From Hypanus sabinus (Eukaryota): a stretch of DNA of 64,000 bases. The notes under the pieces are model-generated. The model saw only the letters and a list, made by a program, of their open reading frames with translations, made no database searches and was not told where the DNA came from. This document shows positions 1-12,777 of this stretch, piece after piece. Every line of letters starts with the position of its first letter. The stretch's first letter is position 1. The DNA is taken from positions 153,202,001 to 153,266,000 of the forward strand of contig NC_082710.1 in NCBI RefSeq assembly GCF_030144855.1, given 5' to 3'. The translations under genes were made by a program, and so were the position numbers.

Positions 1-248
1 AACTCTGAAAGATTTAAAGGTGAGTTTCCCGACACAACCCCCGACCATCGCCGTCACATACCCTCGCCTCACCTGTCTGGCTTCCCGCGACAGAGCAGAG
101 AGAGAACGCGGTGACAAGGAGCGACACCGGTCCGGTCCAACTCTCCATTGCGACGACTCCTCGCATCGACTGAACCCTGATCGTTAGTCAGTGAAGTGCT
201 GAGGGTGGAGTTAGACTCACAGACGCGGATTGAGGTAAACAGGGTTAT

Positions 249-732
249 TACAGGTGCAGCCAATAGCTGAAAATCCTTCTTCAGAAATGGACTGTGGACG
301 CAGCGGAGAGTCGACTGATCGCGCGAGGAAGCGGAGCCAAACCGCTTCCAGCAGAGTTGCATCAAATCCAACGAGCGGAGATTTCAGGAACCTCGAGGGA
401 AACCTCAAAGCCCGAGGGAAGCTGCTCAGCACAAACCTTCACCAGTCACTGGGTAAAACAAAACTTCTAGAGGAAATCGGCGGGCCAGGCGGCAGATGTG
501 AAGGGAAAAGCTGGTTAACACAAAATGTCCACTGTCCATGTCCCTCCACAGCTGCGGCCAGACCCGCTGATTCATAGTCATACTTCATGAAACAGGACTG
601 AATGGGGAATGATCACAGAATAGGGTTCTTCCGCCATTGGACAGGGAGTGGCCAGGTTCTCTGAGAGAGCCCCTCAATTATTCTAGTAAAGTTCCCCCAC
701 CCCAGGGTCTCCCACCATCACTGACCTTATTA
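249..732. repeat. Duplicated ~480 bp segment, copy 1 (CpG-rich, function unknown)
   Basis: Co-linear with 5223-5722 from tacaggtgcagcc to gacctta(t/c)ta; lacks 20 bp that copy 2 has between two gtctc microhomologies. Confidence 0.93.
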
Positions 733-3700
733 TGTATTATGAGAGTATTCGTATGTATTGTGTATTATGAGAGTGCGTATGACGTCAGAACGCTGGTTTT
801 GTAAAATGCAAGTCTGGTGAATAAACGTTTGTTTATTTGTTTAATATACTGCGGTGTCCGAGTCACATTAATGCTACATGGTGTCAGAAGAAAGCGAAAA
901 GGAAAGGGAAGAGAAGACACGTAAAAAGATGTCACAGTTACAGCCACCGTCGAGTTTAAGCCTACGAGGTAATATTGCTGAGAATTGGAAGGTATGGCTC
1001 CAGCAGTTTGAGCTGTTTTGCACCACTAGTGGCGTAGATGACAAGACGGAGAAAGTGCAATGTGCTACGTTTCTGCATGTGGCTGGAGCAGAGGCAATAA
1101 AGGTTTGCAACACGTTTGTCTTCCAAGAGGGTGAGCGAGTTACAACTGAAGTGTTGAAGAAAAAGTTTCAGGATTACTGCGAGCCGAGAGAAAACCTACC
1201 GTACATTCGCCACGTTTTTTACGAGGCCTCAAGGACCGACAGAGACTATAGACGCCTACGTAACAGATTTGAAGAACAAGGAAAAAAACTGAATTCGGAC
1301 AACTACATGATTCTTTAATACGCGACAGGATTGTATGCGGCATATGGGATGATCGTGTGAGAGGCAGGCTAATGAGAGAGGCGGAGCTTACATTGGAAAA
1401 AGCGATTGATATGTGCCGTCATGTCAGGTTAAAATGCTTAATGAAGAGACTGAAGTATACAAAATAAAAGCTGTGAAAACTGACAAGAGTAGGACAAAGC
1501 CAGCTCCACAATATAATCAAAAGGAAGTTAACTGCAACAGATGTGGTTATAAACATGGATACAGAAAATGTCCAGCCTTTGGTAAGAAATGCAAATTTTG
1601 CAGAAAGAAAAATCACTTTGCAAAGATGTGCAAATCGCAGGAGCAAGCAAGGAAAATGCATGCTGTGGAACAGAGTGAGTGCAACGGTGACATGTTCATT
1701 GGAACAATTGAAGTGGAACAGGAGGTATGCATCAAGAATATTGATAATACAGAGATGGATGTTGAAGATGAATGGACTCAAGATCTGATAATAAACAGGA
1801 GGAATGTGATATTTAAGCTTGACACTGGGGTGAAGTGCAATGTAATGTCAGCAGAAACATTCTACTCACTGGACATCAAAGGAAAACTTGGAAAATCCAC
1901 CTGCAAGCTTGTTGGATATTTTGGCCACAAGACAGCATCATTGGGAAAGAAAACACTCACCTGTGTGTATAAAGGACAGAAAGGATAGAGTGTGAGATTG
2001 TGCAACAGCATGTTTCGGCAATACTAGGCAGAGCAACATGCATAGAGCTAGGCCTGGTGAAGCGAATCTAAGGTTTTGAGAAAGAAAATGACTTTCTCAA
2101 AGACTTTGCTGACTTATTTTCTGGACTAGGATGTTTACCAGATTGATCCAACTGTTGCATCAGTCGTGCATGCTGCAAGGAAGTTTCCAGTAGCACTCAG
2201 GGATCGAGTAGTGGAGGAGCTACACAGAATGGAACAGATGGGAGTCATAACGAGACAAATTGAACCGACCGACTGGGTGAATAGTATGGTGACAGTGGTC
2301 ACAAAAAAAAAAGATTAGGATTTGCATGGATCCACAGGATCTCAACTGAGCCATCAAATGAGAGCACTATCCACTGCTCATGGTTGAAGAGGTTGTCTCC
2401 CGTATGCCTAATGCAAAATACTTTTCAGTATTGGATACAAATCAAGGTTTCTGGCAGATCAAGCTGGATGAAGAAAGTTCCAAATTATGCACTTTCAGCA
2501 CGCCCATAGGGAGATATCGTTTCCTGCGTCTACCCTTCGGGATTTCTTCTGCATCAGAGGTATTCCCGAGGTCAGTGGCACAAATGATTGAAAGCTTGGA
2601 TGGAGTGGTCAGTATCATTGATGATTTGCTGATATGGGGTGACACCATTGAGGAGCATGATCAGAGTGAGGAAGCTCCTGGAGAGAGCATGTGAGTACAA
2701 CCTAAAACTGAACAAAAGTAAATATAGGATCAGAACTACAGAGGTCAAATACATAGGTCACGTACTCAGCGCTGATGGGCTAAAACTAGATAATGAAAAA
2801 GTCAGGGCTGTGGTACAGCTACCACCACCTGAAGACAAGCAAGGACTTTTGAGGATCATGGGCATGATACAGTATCTTGCCAAGTTCATTCCCAACTTAT
2901 CAGAGGTCAGCGCTCCACTTCGAAAGCTACTAGGGAGCAACACTGAATGACATTGGGAAGATGAACAAAAGAAAAGTTTTGACACATTGAAGCAGTTGGT
3001 TACCAATGCACCAGCACTCAAGTTTTATGATGTCAATGAACCAGTGACAATGTCTGTGGATGTCAGTTCGGAGGGAATAGGAGCTGTTATACTGCAGGAT
3101 GGGAGGCCTGTGGCATATGGATCATGAGCACTTACAGACTGTCAACACCGATATTCTCAAATCAAGAAGGAATTACTTGCCATAGTTTTTGGGTGTGAGA
3201 AGTTCCACCAATATGTATATGGCAAAGAAATCCAGGATGAGAGTGATCATAAACCACTTGAGATCATCTTCAAAACGCCACTTCATCAAGCTCCAATGAG
3301 GCTGCAAAGGATGCTTCTCAGGCTACAGAGGTACACTCTCACAGTCGCCTATAAGCCAGGAACAGAACTGCACATCGCTGATGCTTTGAGCCGTGCTTAC
3401 CTCAAAGAGCAAAAGGAAGAGTTGCTAGGAAGAGAGCTGGAGGTCAACTGGGTTACACCTCAGCTACCCATCTCTGAGGAGAAGTTGAACAGGTTCAGGA
3501 AAGCGACTGCAGATGATCCTGAAATGCAAATACTAAGAGACATTACAATGAATGGATGGCCAACAGAAAGAAAAGATGTTCCAAAAGAGATACAGAAACA
3601 CTGGACATTTAAAGAGGAAATTAGCAATGCATCAGGACTAATGTTCAAAACGGCAAAACTCATCATATCAAATCAAATGAGACAGGAAATGCTCAATAGA

Positions 3701-5219
3701 ATTCATGAGTCACACCTGGGGATAGTGAAATGTAAAGAAAGAGCAAGGGACATTCTCTATTGGCCAGGTATGTCAACTCAGATAGAGGACATTGTGTCTC
3801 AGTGTGCTGTCTGTATTGAAAATAAAAACAGCAATCCAAGAGAGCCTTTGTTTCCACTACCAGGAAGACCATGTGAGAAGCTTGGCATAGATCTCTTTCG
3901 CTACAATAGTGCAGAATATCTGCTTTGTGTGGACCGCTATTCAAAATATCCGAAAATCACCAAGTTAAGTGACACGTCCAGTCAAGGTGTCATTACCGCA
4001 ATGAAGTCGACATTTGCAAGACATGGTATTCCAGATATTGTCATCAGTTACAATGGTCCACAATATGCCACTGGTGAGTTTAGAGAGTTTTCAGGAAGCT
4101 GGGAATTTAAACATGTTACTTCCAGTACTGGGCACACTCAGTCTAATGGACAAGCAGAGAGAACTATACAAACTGTGAAGAACATGCTCAAGAAGGCACA
4201 AAGCAGCAACAATGACCCGTACATTGTTCTGCTTGAATACCGCAACACACCGATTGAAGGTGTGGGGTTCTCCTGCACAGCTGTTGATGGGACGTCGTCT
4301 GAAGTCCAAGCTGCCAACATCCCCAACTCTACTGACTCCTGAAAGTAATGCTCAAGTACATGGCAAGCTAAAGTACAAGCAAATAAAGCAAAAGAGCTAC
4401 TATGACAGACATACAAGAGATCTGCATATAGGTGAAAATGTCAGAATACAGAGAGGAGACACATGGCAGCCAGCTGTGGTTGTGAACAGGCATCAGCAAC
4501 CAAGATCCTTCATAGTTCGCACGCCGGATGGAAGAGTCTTCAGGAGGAACAGGAAGCATCTGCTGAAGACAGGTGAGAGGGTGTTTCCACGTACAGATAC
4601 ACAGGACATTTCCATGGATACAGACATGGAAACAAACGACACCAAGAGTGAGGGGCGTGACGAAACCCCACGACACAATGACGGTGAAAGTTCGGCACAG
4701 ACTGACCGAGGTGGAAATGCAGACACAGAGGTTACTTGAGAGACTGACTCTGAAGGACAAGCACAGTCACAGTTCTATCGCACAAGGTCTGGAAGACAAG
4801 TCAAACTTCCAGCTAGATAGAGACTAGATCTACCTACAGTCTCGCACAGTTTGAGACAAAATCACACATGATATAAGTTCCAAGGTGTGAAATAAAAGGT
4901 TTATTAGACTATGTTAGTAAAAGAAAATATACTGCTGTTAGTATTGTAAGATACAATGTAGAATACAGTATAAGAAGTTAAGATTTTTATTAGTTTATGT
5001 CATGGCTGTTGTAATGTTAGAAAGTCATACCTAGAGGCATTGGTTTGGTAATTCACAGTATTGTAAAAAAAACTTGAGAAGGGGGATGTAATGTATTATG
5101 TGAGTATTCGTAGGTCAGAGTGCGTATGACCTACTGTAATGCGGGTTTTGTAAAATGGAAGTCTGGTGAATAAACGTGTGTGTTTAATACTGCGGTGTCT
5201 GAGTCACATTAACGCTACA
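733..5219 (+). mobile_element. Gypsy LTR retrotransposon, near full length, degenerate
   Basis: LTRs 733-878 and 5087-5219 (TG...CA); PBS TGGTGTCAGAAG 879-890 (tRNA-Leu type); PPT gagaaggggga 5076-5086; gag with CxxC knuckles, protease LDTG, RT LPFG/IIDD, RNase H and integrase HxxxH/CxxC in PR-RT-RH-IN order; multiple stops and frameshifts. Confidence 0.96.
878..4800 (+). pseudogene. Gypsy gag-pol remnants (ORF fragments 878-1318, 1413-1988, 2380-2950, 3296-4739)
   Basis: NIAENWKVWLQQF (gag), CPAFGKKC, FKLDTG, GFWQI...RYRFLRLPFG, HESHLGIVKC, SNGQAERTIQTVK; the second integrase Asp reads Y (SYNGPQY). Confidence 0.93.
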
Positions 5220-5222
5220 ATC

Positions 5223-5722
5223 TACAGGTGCAGCCAGTAACTGAAAATACTTCTACAGAAATGGACTGTGAGCTCAGTGGAGAGTCAGCTGATCGCGGGG
5301 GGGAGTGGAGCCAAACCACTTCCTGTAGTGTTGCATCAAATCCGGCGAGAGGAGATTTCAGGAACCTCCCAATAGCCCGAGGGAAGCTGTTCAGCACAAA
5401 CCTTCTCCAGTCACTGGGTAAAACAAAACTTCTAGAGGATCTCGGCTGGCCAGGCGGCAGATGCAAAGGGAAAAGCAGCGTCAACACAAAGTGTCCACTG
5501 TCCATGTCCCTCCACAGCTGCGGCCAGACCCGCTGATTCATAGTCATACTTCATGAAACAGGACTGGATGGGGAATGATCACAGAATAGGGTTCTTCCGC
5601 CATTGGACAGGGAGTGGCCAGGTTCTCTGAGAGAGCCCCTCAATTATTGTAGTAGGGTTCCCCCACCCCAGGGTCTCAGAAGATTGTCAACAGTCTCCCA
5701 CACCATCACCGACCTTACTAAC
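5223..5722. repeat. Duplicated ~480 bp segment, copy 2
   Basis: Paralog of 249-732 with several CG>TG/CA changes; its last ~30 bp are the 5' end of a Penelope-like RT fragment. Confidence 0.93.
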
Positions 5723-7855
5723 TGATGCACCATCAATAACTCACACTGAGACGTAAGGCGAGATATCGGCTTTTATTGACTGGAAGAAGGAACCAGGAGT
5801 GAGTGTCCATCATACTATGTCCTGGAGACTGAGGCCGAGCGTCAGGCCTCAGATCGCCTTTATACAGGGGCCTGTGGGAGGAGCCACAGGAGCAGTCAGC
5901 AGGGGGCGTGTCCAGACAGGCACATAGTTCACCACACTAACTCTGGAGATCTCCCATCCACTGCCACCAACCTCATAGTTCCTGCACCCTATACAATCCG
6001 TAACTGCCCAAGATCCACAACCCTGCCTGTCCAGGTAGACCGATTGTTTCTGTTAGTTCCTGCTCCACTGAACGTATATCTACATACCTCTACTCAGTTT
6101 TATCCCCCCACCCGCCCCCGTTCAGTCCCGTCCCACCTACATCCTTGACAATTCACACCTTCTTGATCTTTTCAAAGATTTCAAGTTCACTGGACCTGAT
6201 CATATTTTCACTATGGGTGTCCAACTCTATACACCTCCATATCCCACCAGGACAGTCTCAAACCCCTCCATTTCTTTCTGGACACCATACCCCACCAGTT
6301 CCTCTCCATCACCTCTCTCCTCCACCTAGTGAAACTGTTCCTCACTCTCAATAACTTCTCCTCTGGCTCCTCCCTTCAAGTAAAAGGTTCATTATGAGGA
6401 CTTGTATGGCTCTCCGGTATGCCTGCATTCTTGTTGGCTATGTGGAATAGTCTATGTTCTAACCCTAAACAGGTTGGTGCTGTTTCCTACACCCATGTGG
6501 AACTTCTCAGCTTCATCAACTTTGCCTCCAGTTTGCACCTTCAGATTTACTTGGTCCACTTCTGACACCTCCCTCCAGTTTCTCGATCTCACTGACTCTA
6601 TCTCTGGAGACTGCTTAGCTATTGATGTCTTTTATAAACCCACTGACCCTCACATCTATCTGGACTGCACCTCTTCCCACCCTGTTACTTGAAAAATTGC
6701 CACCCCCTTCTTTCAAGTCCTCTTCCTCTGCTGCATCTGCTCTCAGGATGAAGTTTTTCATTCTAGAGCTAAAGAAATGTCCTCCTTCTTCAAAGAAAGG
6801 GGCTTCCCTTCCTCCACCATCAATGCTGCCTTCTGCTGCATCTCTTCTATTTCACACTCCTCTGCCCTCACCCCATCCTCCCACCACCCCAACCAAGGTT
6901 CCCCTTCTCCTCAGCTACCACCTCACCTGCCTCTGCGTTCAGCACAAAATTCTCCATAATCTGCCATCTCCAATAGGATCCAATGACCAAACACATTCTC
7001 CTTCCCCACCACCTCCCACCACACTTTCTGCAAAAATCGCTCCCAACATGACTCCCTTGTTCATATGTTCTTCCTCACTGATTTCCCTGTTGGCATTTAT
7101 CCTTGCAAGCAGAACAAGTGTTACAGTTGCCCCTACACCTCCTCCCTCACTACCATTCAGAGCCCCAAACAGTCCTTCCAAGTGAGACGACATTTCACTT
7201 ATGAGTCTGTTGGGGTTATCTACTGTATCCAGTGCTCCAGGTGTGTGGCCTCCTGTGTATTGGTGAGACCTGACATAGATTGGGAGACTGCTTCACAAGC
7301 CCTGACACTCTCTTCACCAGAAGAAGCAGAATCCTCCAGTAGCCACCCATTTTAATTCTACTTCTCATTCCCATTCTGACATGTCAAGCCATGGTCTCCT
7401 CTATTGCCGTGATGTATTCCGTCTGGGTAGCCTCCAACCTGATGGAATGAACATTGATTTTCCAACATTGATTTTCCAGCTTCTGGTAATGTCCCTCCTC
7501 CCCTCTACTTCACAACTCCCCATCCCCATTTCCCTTTCATATGTTATCACCTTATCTGCCCACCACCTCCCTCTGGTGCTCCTTCCCTTCACTTCCTTCC
7601 ATGGCCTCTTGTCTTCCCTTTTTTAGCCCTTTATCTCTTTCACCATTGGAGCCCCTAGCTCTTTACTTCACAGCTTCCTCTCTCCCAGTTTTATCTATCA
7701 CTTATGACCTTGTACTTACTTCTCTCTAGCCCCCACATTCTTACTGTGATGTCTTATCTCTTTTCTGATGAAGGGTCTCAATCTGAAACATAGACTGTTT
7801 TCTCTTTTCCAAAGATGTTACCTGACTTGCTGAGTTCCTCCAGCAATTTGTGTGC
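5694..7855 (+). mobile_element. Penelope-like element, 5'-truncated and degenerate (RT, GIY-YIG, 3' tail)
   Basis: SGDLPSTATNLIVP, PKIH..P..PGRPIVS-like RT motifs; FTYESVGVIYCIQCSRC (GIY-YIG region); tail ctgatgaagggtctc...gctgagttcctccagca; interrupted by the solo LTR 5723-5936. Confidence 0.88.
5723..5936 (-). mobile_element. Solo LTR (214 bp) inserted in a Penelope-like element
   Basis: TG...CA termini; perfect 5 bp TSD CTAAC (5718-5722 and 5937-5941); TATAAA (5859-5864) and AATAAA (5772-5777) on the minus strand. Confidence 0.92.
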
Positions 7856-8554
7856 ATGGCAACAAACATATTAATTTTAGCAAATATAATAGAACTCTAA
7901 ACATTCACTGTGACTCCATGAATAAAAAGACATTCCATGGTTTATTCTTGTAAATATTTTTATTATGCATAAAAGTTATTTTGATATTAATAAAACATGA
8001 AACAGGCCTTTCTGTGCAACCATGATGCCCATGTTCATTCCATTTGCCAGTGTTTAGCCCATAACTTTCCAAACCATGTACCTGTTTTTTAAAAGCTGTT
8101 TCTTTACCCATGTCAAGCAATTTCTTTGGCAGTTCAGTTTATGTACATAGAATACTCTGTTTAAAAGTAAGAGTTACCCTGACTTTCAACAGCATTTTGG
8201 CTTCTGCTCCACACTTCAGCATCTGCAGTCTCTTGTGCCTCCATCTGCCCAGCACCCCTTTCCGTACCTCCGTCCCTCTGCTCAGTTGTTCCTAGAAACA
8301 CAAGGACTGCACTTCAGTGCAACATACTCTCACACACTGCAGACATCCCTTCATCAGATGTCCTCAACACATGTCCTCAAATCACAACATCCTTATAAAT
8401 TTCCTCTGTACTCTTTCACTTTTTGTTATCTTTCCTGTAGTTAGATCACGTCAACATAGTATCCCAATGCCAGTACTCAATCCTTTGATTTATGAAGGTC
8501 AATGTGCCAGAAGATCTCTTTAAAACCCTATATACCTGTAACACCACATTCAAG

Positions 8555-9563
8555 GAAGGTTAGTGGTGGTGTGGATAGTCTGGAGGGCTGTCATAGGTTA
8601 CAGCGGGAAATCAATAGGATGCAAGACTGGGCTGAGAAGTGGCAGATGGAGTTCAACCCAGATAAGTGTGAGGTGGTTCATTTTGGTAGGTCAAATACGA
8701 TAGCAGAATATAATATTAGTGGTAAGACTCTTGGCAGTGTGGAGGATCAGAGGGATCTTGGGGTCTGAGTCCATAGGACACTCAAAGCTGTTGCGCAGAT
8801 TGACTCTGGTTAAGAAGACAAATGCCAGTGACAGTGGTGGAGGTGGATATGACAGGGTCTTTTAAGAGTCTCCTGGATAGGGACGTGGAGCTTAGTAAAA
8901 CAGAGGGCTATGGGTAACCCTTGGTAATTTCTAAAGGAAGTACATGTTCGGCACAGCTTTGTGGGCTGAAGTGCCTGTTTCTGTGCTGCTGTTTTCTATG
9001 ACTCAATTAAGTTCAAAAACCAGGAAGTTGCAGCTTTATAAAACTCCAGTTAAACCACATCTGGAGTGTTGAACACAATGGCCCAATTGTGAAAGGATGC
9101 CAAGGCTTTGGAAAGGGTGCCAGAAAGGTTTACCAGAATGCTGCCTGAATTGGAGCGCTATAATGAGAGGATGGACCTATCACCTTCTCTCAAGGGGCAA
9201 TGCTTGAGGGGAGATCTGAGAGAGGCTTATAAGATTTTGAGTGTCAGAGAAAGAGTAAACAGAACATTAAACCAGAGGGTATGCATTTAAGATGAGAGGG
9301 TATAATTTCAAACAGGATGTGAGGGGCAAGTTTTTTTTACACTGAGTGGTGGGTGCCTGGGATGCACGGCTTGGGGTGGTGGTAGAGGCAGACACATTAA
9401 AGACTTTAGAGAGATATTTAGATAAGCACATTAATGTGAGGAAACTGCATGGATATTGACATTGTGTAGGCAGAGGGGATTAATTTAGTTGGCCATTTAA
9501 TCACTAATTTAATTGGTTCATCACAAATTGTGGTCCTGTCCTGTGCTGTTCTGTGTTCTGTGT
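8555..9563 (+). mobile_element. CR1 LINE fragments (RT C-terminus and 3' tail)
   Basis: QDWAEKWQMEFNPDKCEVVHFG; ERVPERFTRMLPEL; ends in a ctgtgttctgtgt-type tail. Confidence 0.88.
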
Positions 9564-10044
9564 ACAAGAGAAAACAATAACAGGCATACAGCATGTAGTG
9601 TTACAGGTACAGCAAAAGTAGATAATAAGGTGTAAGACCAAAACAAAGTTGATTGTGAGGTTCAGAATCCAAAATATCGTACAAGTGGACTGTTCAATTT
9701 TCTTATAAATGTGGGCTAGAAGTTGCTCTTGAATCTGGGGTACCTGCTTTCAGGCTTTTGTATCTTCTATCTAATGGTAGGGGGAGAATGAAAATTCTAG
9801 GGTGCATGTGGTCTTTGACTGTGCTGGCTGCTTTAACTGAGGCAGTGAGATGTTTAGACATCTCTATACATAGTGCCTAGTGTCCACCCGGGGAAGACTA
9901 GTTCTGGAATGCACAAAATGCTTTAAGAATGCAGATCTTGGTGAGCTGATTCACAACAAATACAGCCAGAAAGGAAACTGGTGCTCACCAGGAAGAGCAG
10001 CAAGTGCTGGCAAGTTGTGTGGTTATTACACTCACAAACAGCTA

Positions 10045-10545
10045 AACCATAAGACTTAGGAGCAGAATTAAACTATTTGGCCCACTGAGTCTGCTCTGCC
10101 TTTCCATCGTGATTGATTTATTAATCAACTCATTCCATTCTCCTGCCTTCTCCCTGACATCCCTATGAGTCAAGAACCTACCGACTTCTCCTTTAAATAC
10201 ACTCAGTGACTAGGCCTCCACAGCCATCTAAGAAATTCATCCTCCTCTGTTCCCAAGGTATGTCCTGTGGCTGTTCCCTTTTGTCCTAGAATTACCCTAC
10301 TATAGGAGGCACTCTCTCCACGTCCACTCTATTTAGGCCTTTCAATATTCGATAAGTTTCAATGAGCTCCTCCCCCCCCCCCCCCCCGCCTTTCTTCTAA
10401 ACTTCTGTGCGTACAGGCCCAGAGCCTTCAAGCGTACCTCATATTTTAACCCTTACATTCCCAGAATCATTCTTCGGAACATCTTCTGGACCCTCTTCAA
10501 TGGTGGCACATGTTTTCCTAGATACCTGTTCATAATATAAACACA
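10045..10545 (-). mobile_element. CR1-type LINE 3' end fragment
   Basis: cataagac..aggagcagaatta..ccatt tail motif and 3' region on the minus strand; contains a poly-C run near 10372-10389. Confidence 0.6.
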
Positions 10546-10547
10546 AG

Positions 10548-10980
10548 AGATTTTGCACATACTAGAAATCAGAGCTGGAGGAACTCGGCAGGCCAGGCAG
10601 AATCTATGGAAATCAATAAACAGCTGATGTTTCAGGCTGACACCCTTCTTCAGAACTGGGAAGGAAGGGGGGAAGATACTGAAATAAAGGTGGGGAAGGA
10701 GGACTTGCTAGGAGGCGGTAGGTGAATTCAGTGGGTGGTAGAGGTAAAGGGCTGGAGAAGAAGGAATCTGAAAAGAGAAAAGAGTGGACCATGGGAGAAA
10801 GGGAAGGAAGGACACCAGGATGAGGTGATAAGCAGGTGAGGAGAAGAGAATAGAAGAAGAGGGAAGGGAAAGGGTAAAAAAGTACTGGGAGGAAAAATCG
10901 ATGTTCACGCCATCAGTTTGAAGGCTTCCTGGACTTAATATGAGATATGGCTTCTCCACACGAGAGTGGCCTCATTGAGG
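10548..10980 (-). mobile_element. Penelope-like element 3' tail; the element continues at 19558-19607 and about 20545-20760
   Basis: Reverse complement of the PLE tail seen at 7400-7855; the GIY-YIG-region sequence resumes after the Gypsy and CR1 insertions. Confidence 0.8.
10621..10658 (-). ncRNA. Hammerhead motif, partly degenerate
   Basis: CAGUU-CUGAAGA-AGGGUGUCAGCCU-GAA-ACAU-C-AGCUG: core and helix I kept (one G-U pair); helix III palindrome lost through CpG decay. Confidence 0.55.
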
Positions 10981-12777
10981 TGAAACCACTTTGTACTGGG
11001 CATCTCCGGAAATATACCCGCTAACCCCTTACTAACAGCCACTGGACTCTGTGGCAAGAAACTCACCTTTCTTGGGCTTTGTACGTCCAGAGTGTATACA
11101 ACTTTGGTCCCGCCAAATCTGTGAAGTTAGGATGTCTTGCCCTCCCATACCCTGGTTTGTGTGAATGCTGGGTGATTCATTGCACATGGCAATCAGCCAT
11201 CAGCAAGAATTAACAGATCATACTACAGACAATTATAAAGAAGTATATTTAAGAACGTTAACTTAAGCAACCGATTTTTAAAGGAAAGAAAGAAGAAAAT
11301 GAAGAAGGTGCATTATACTTAAACAGTCACACGCTGGAGCTCACATCTTCCAGAAGCCATTGGTGTTGATGTACACACTGTATCTTCCAAATTTCACTTG
11401 AAATCCATTTTGAATAAACAGGCTCCTCCACTGGAATATTTGTCCTTCCTCCTCAAAGCACCTTGTGCAACAGGGACAGCATCCTCAACCATCTTCCCAC
11501 CTTCTCCCAGTTCCCACCAATAAAGACCTCAACCCACACCAGTGACCCTCACAAAATCTCTCCACCCAGCGCTCTCTACAATCTTCTTTGAATTCCTCCA
11601 TTCTAATTGGCTGACACCACATCCCAAAGTTGAACCACAAAGCCCCTTATCTCAGATTAAACCCTAAAAGACTGAAAGCAGAACAGACTGCTCTTACAGA
11701 ACTGCTAAATGAAATACCTGCAGTGTAGCAATGAAAATCTTAACTAGAGCTTTATTCTACCACCAAAAAGTAGTCATGTCCTCATGACTTTGAAACTTAT
11801 CAACCCATCCTTAATAACAGTTTTCAAAGAAATTTCCTGATGTCAGGACCTCCAATCCATTTGTGAATGGTAGTAACATATCTCAATAGGGGGATAGAAG
11901 CAAAACTCTGTTACCCCGGTGAAACATAGGCCAACCTATCTGGGGGTTTCCTGACTCTTTGAGACCTCCTTATCCAATCTTCAACTCCTCAACTTTTATC
12001 CACCCCTTGTGACCCTTCCTGTCTTCTAAAGGGTACATCTCACTTATATCTTCCTGCTCCATGACCAAATTTCCTCACCTCCTGCTGGTGCTAACTGGCA
12101 AGACTTTTCTCAAAAAAGGAGTGTCCTCGGTCTCTCCCAAAGTGTGGCAAGTATTCCTGGAGTAACCAACATCAGCCTCGTCAATAGAAAAGATATCTTT
12201 GAACCCAAAATTTTCTCAATTAAACACCTTTTCCATTCCTCAGACATTCCGACAAATCTGGGGGGTTTAGACTGGGTGCAACACATAGCTCCTCGTTTCT
12301 GCTCAACGTCCTGCTTAGGAGAAACTTGCACCTTCTCAGAAGCAGCTCTAAACAGAATGTGATTGGACAATGTTTTCAAAAAGTTCTCTCCATTTCTCTC
12401 CTTGCATGCTCCCAGGAGCCTTCTTATAATGCAGTATTTGTTCTCACAAAAATGGAAGCTCTGCCCTTTTTCAACTGGCTCCAGGCAGACCAACACTGGT
12501 GTGTCAATAGTTACTCAGTTACTCCAACATCTGCTTCTGAAAACTCCAGCTTCAATGACAAGTAACCATCGTATGGATACTCATCAGCACCAGGCCCCCG
12601 AATCTCAAGAGCACTGAATGGCGTCAATGGTAAATGAGTCAAATACCAGTTGTGAAAGGATCTATAAAACAAAGTAACTTGAGAACCTGTGTCAAGTATG
12701 GCTCTGGCATAAGCACCTTCAATCCATATGGTTACAGCAGAATTTGGCCCCTAAACCTTCAGGAATAGTGTTTGGTA

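Noticed and set aside
254-577. ORFs of about 100 aa in the duplicated unit (both copies, both strands)
   Set aside because: No recognisable domain; indels between the copies shift the C-terminal frame; non-ATG starts.
878-928. Gag start at 878 overlapping the PBS
   Set aside because: This ATG is formed by the LTR-terminal A plus the PBS TG. Gag similarity begins at MSQLQPP (about 929).
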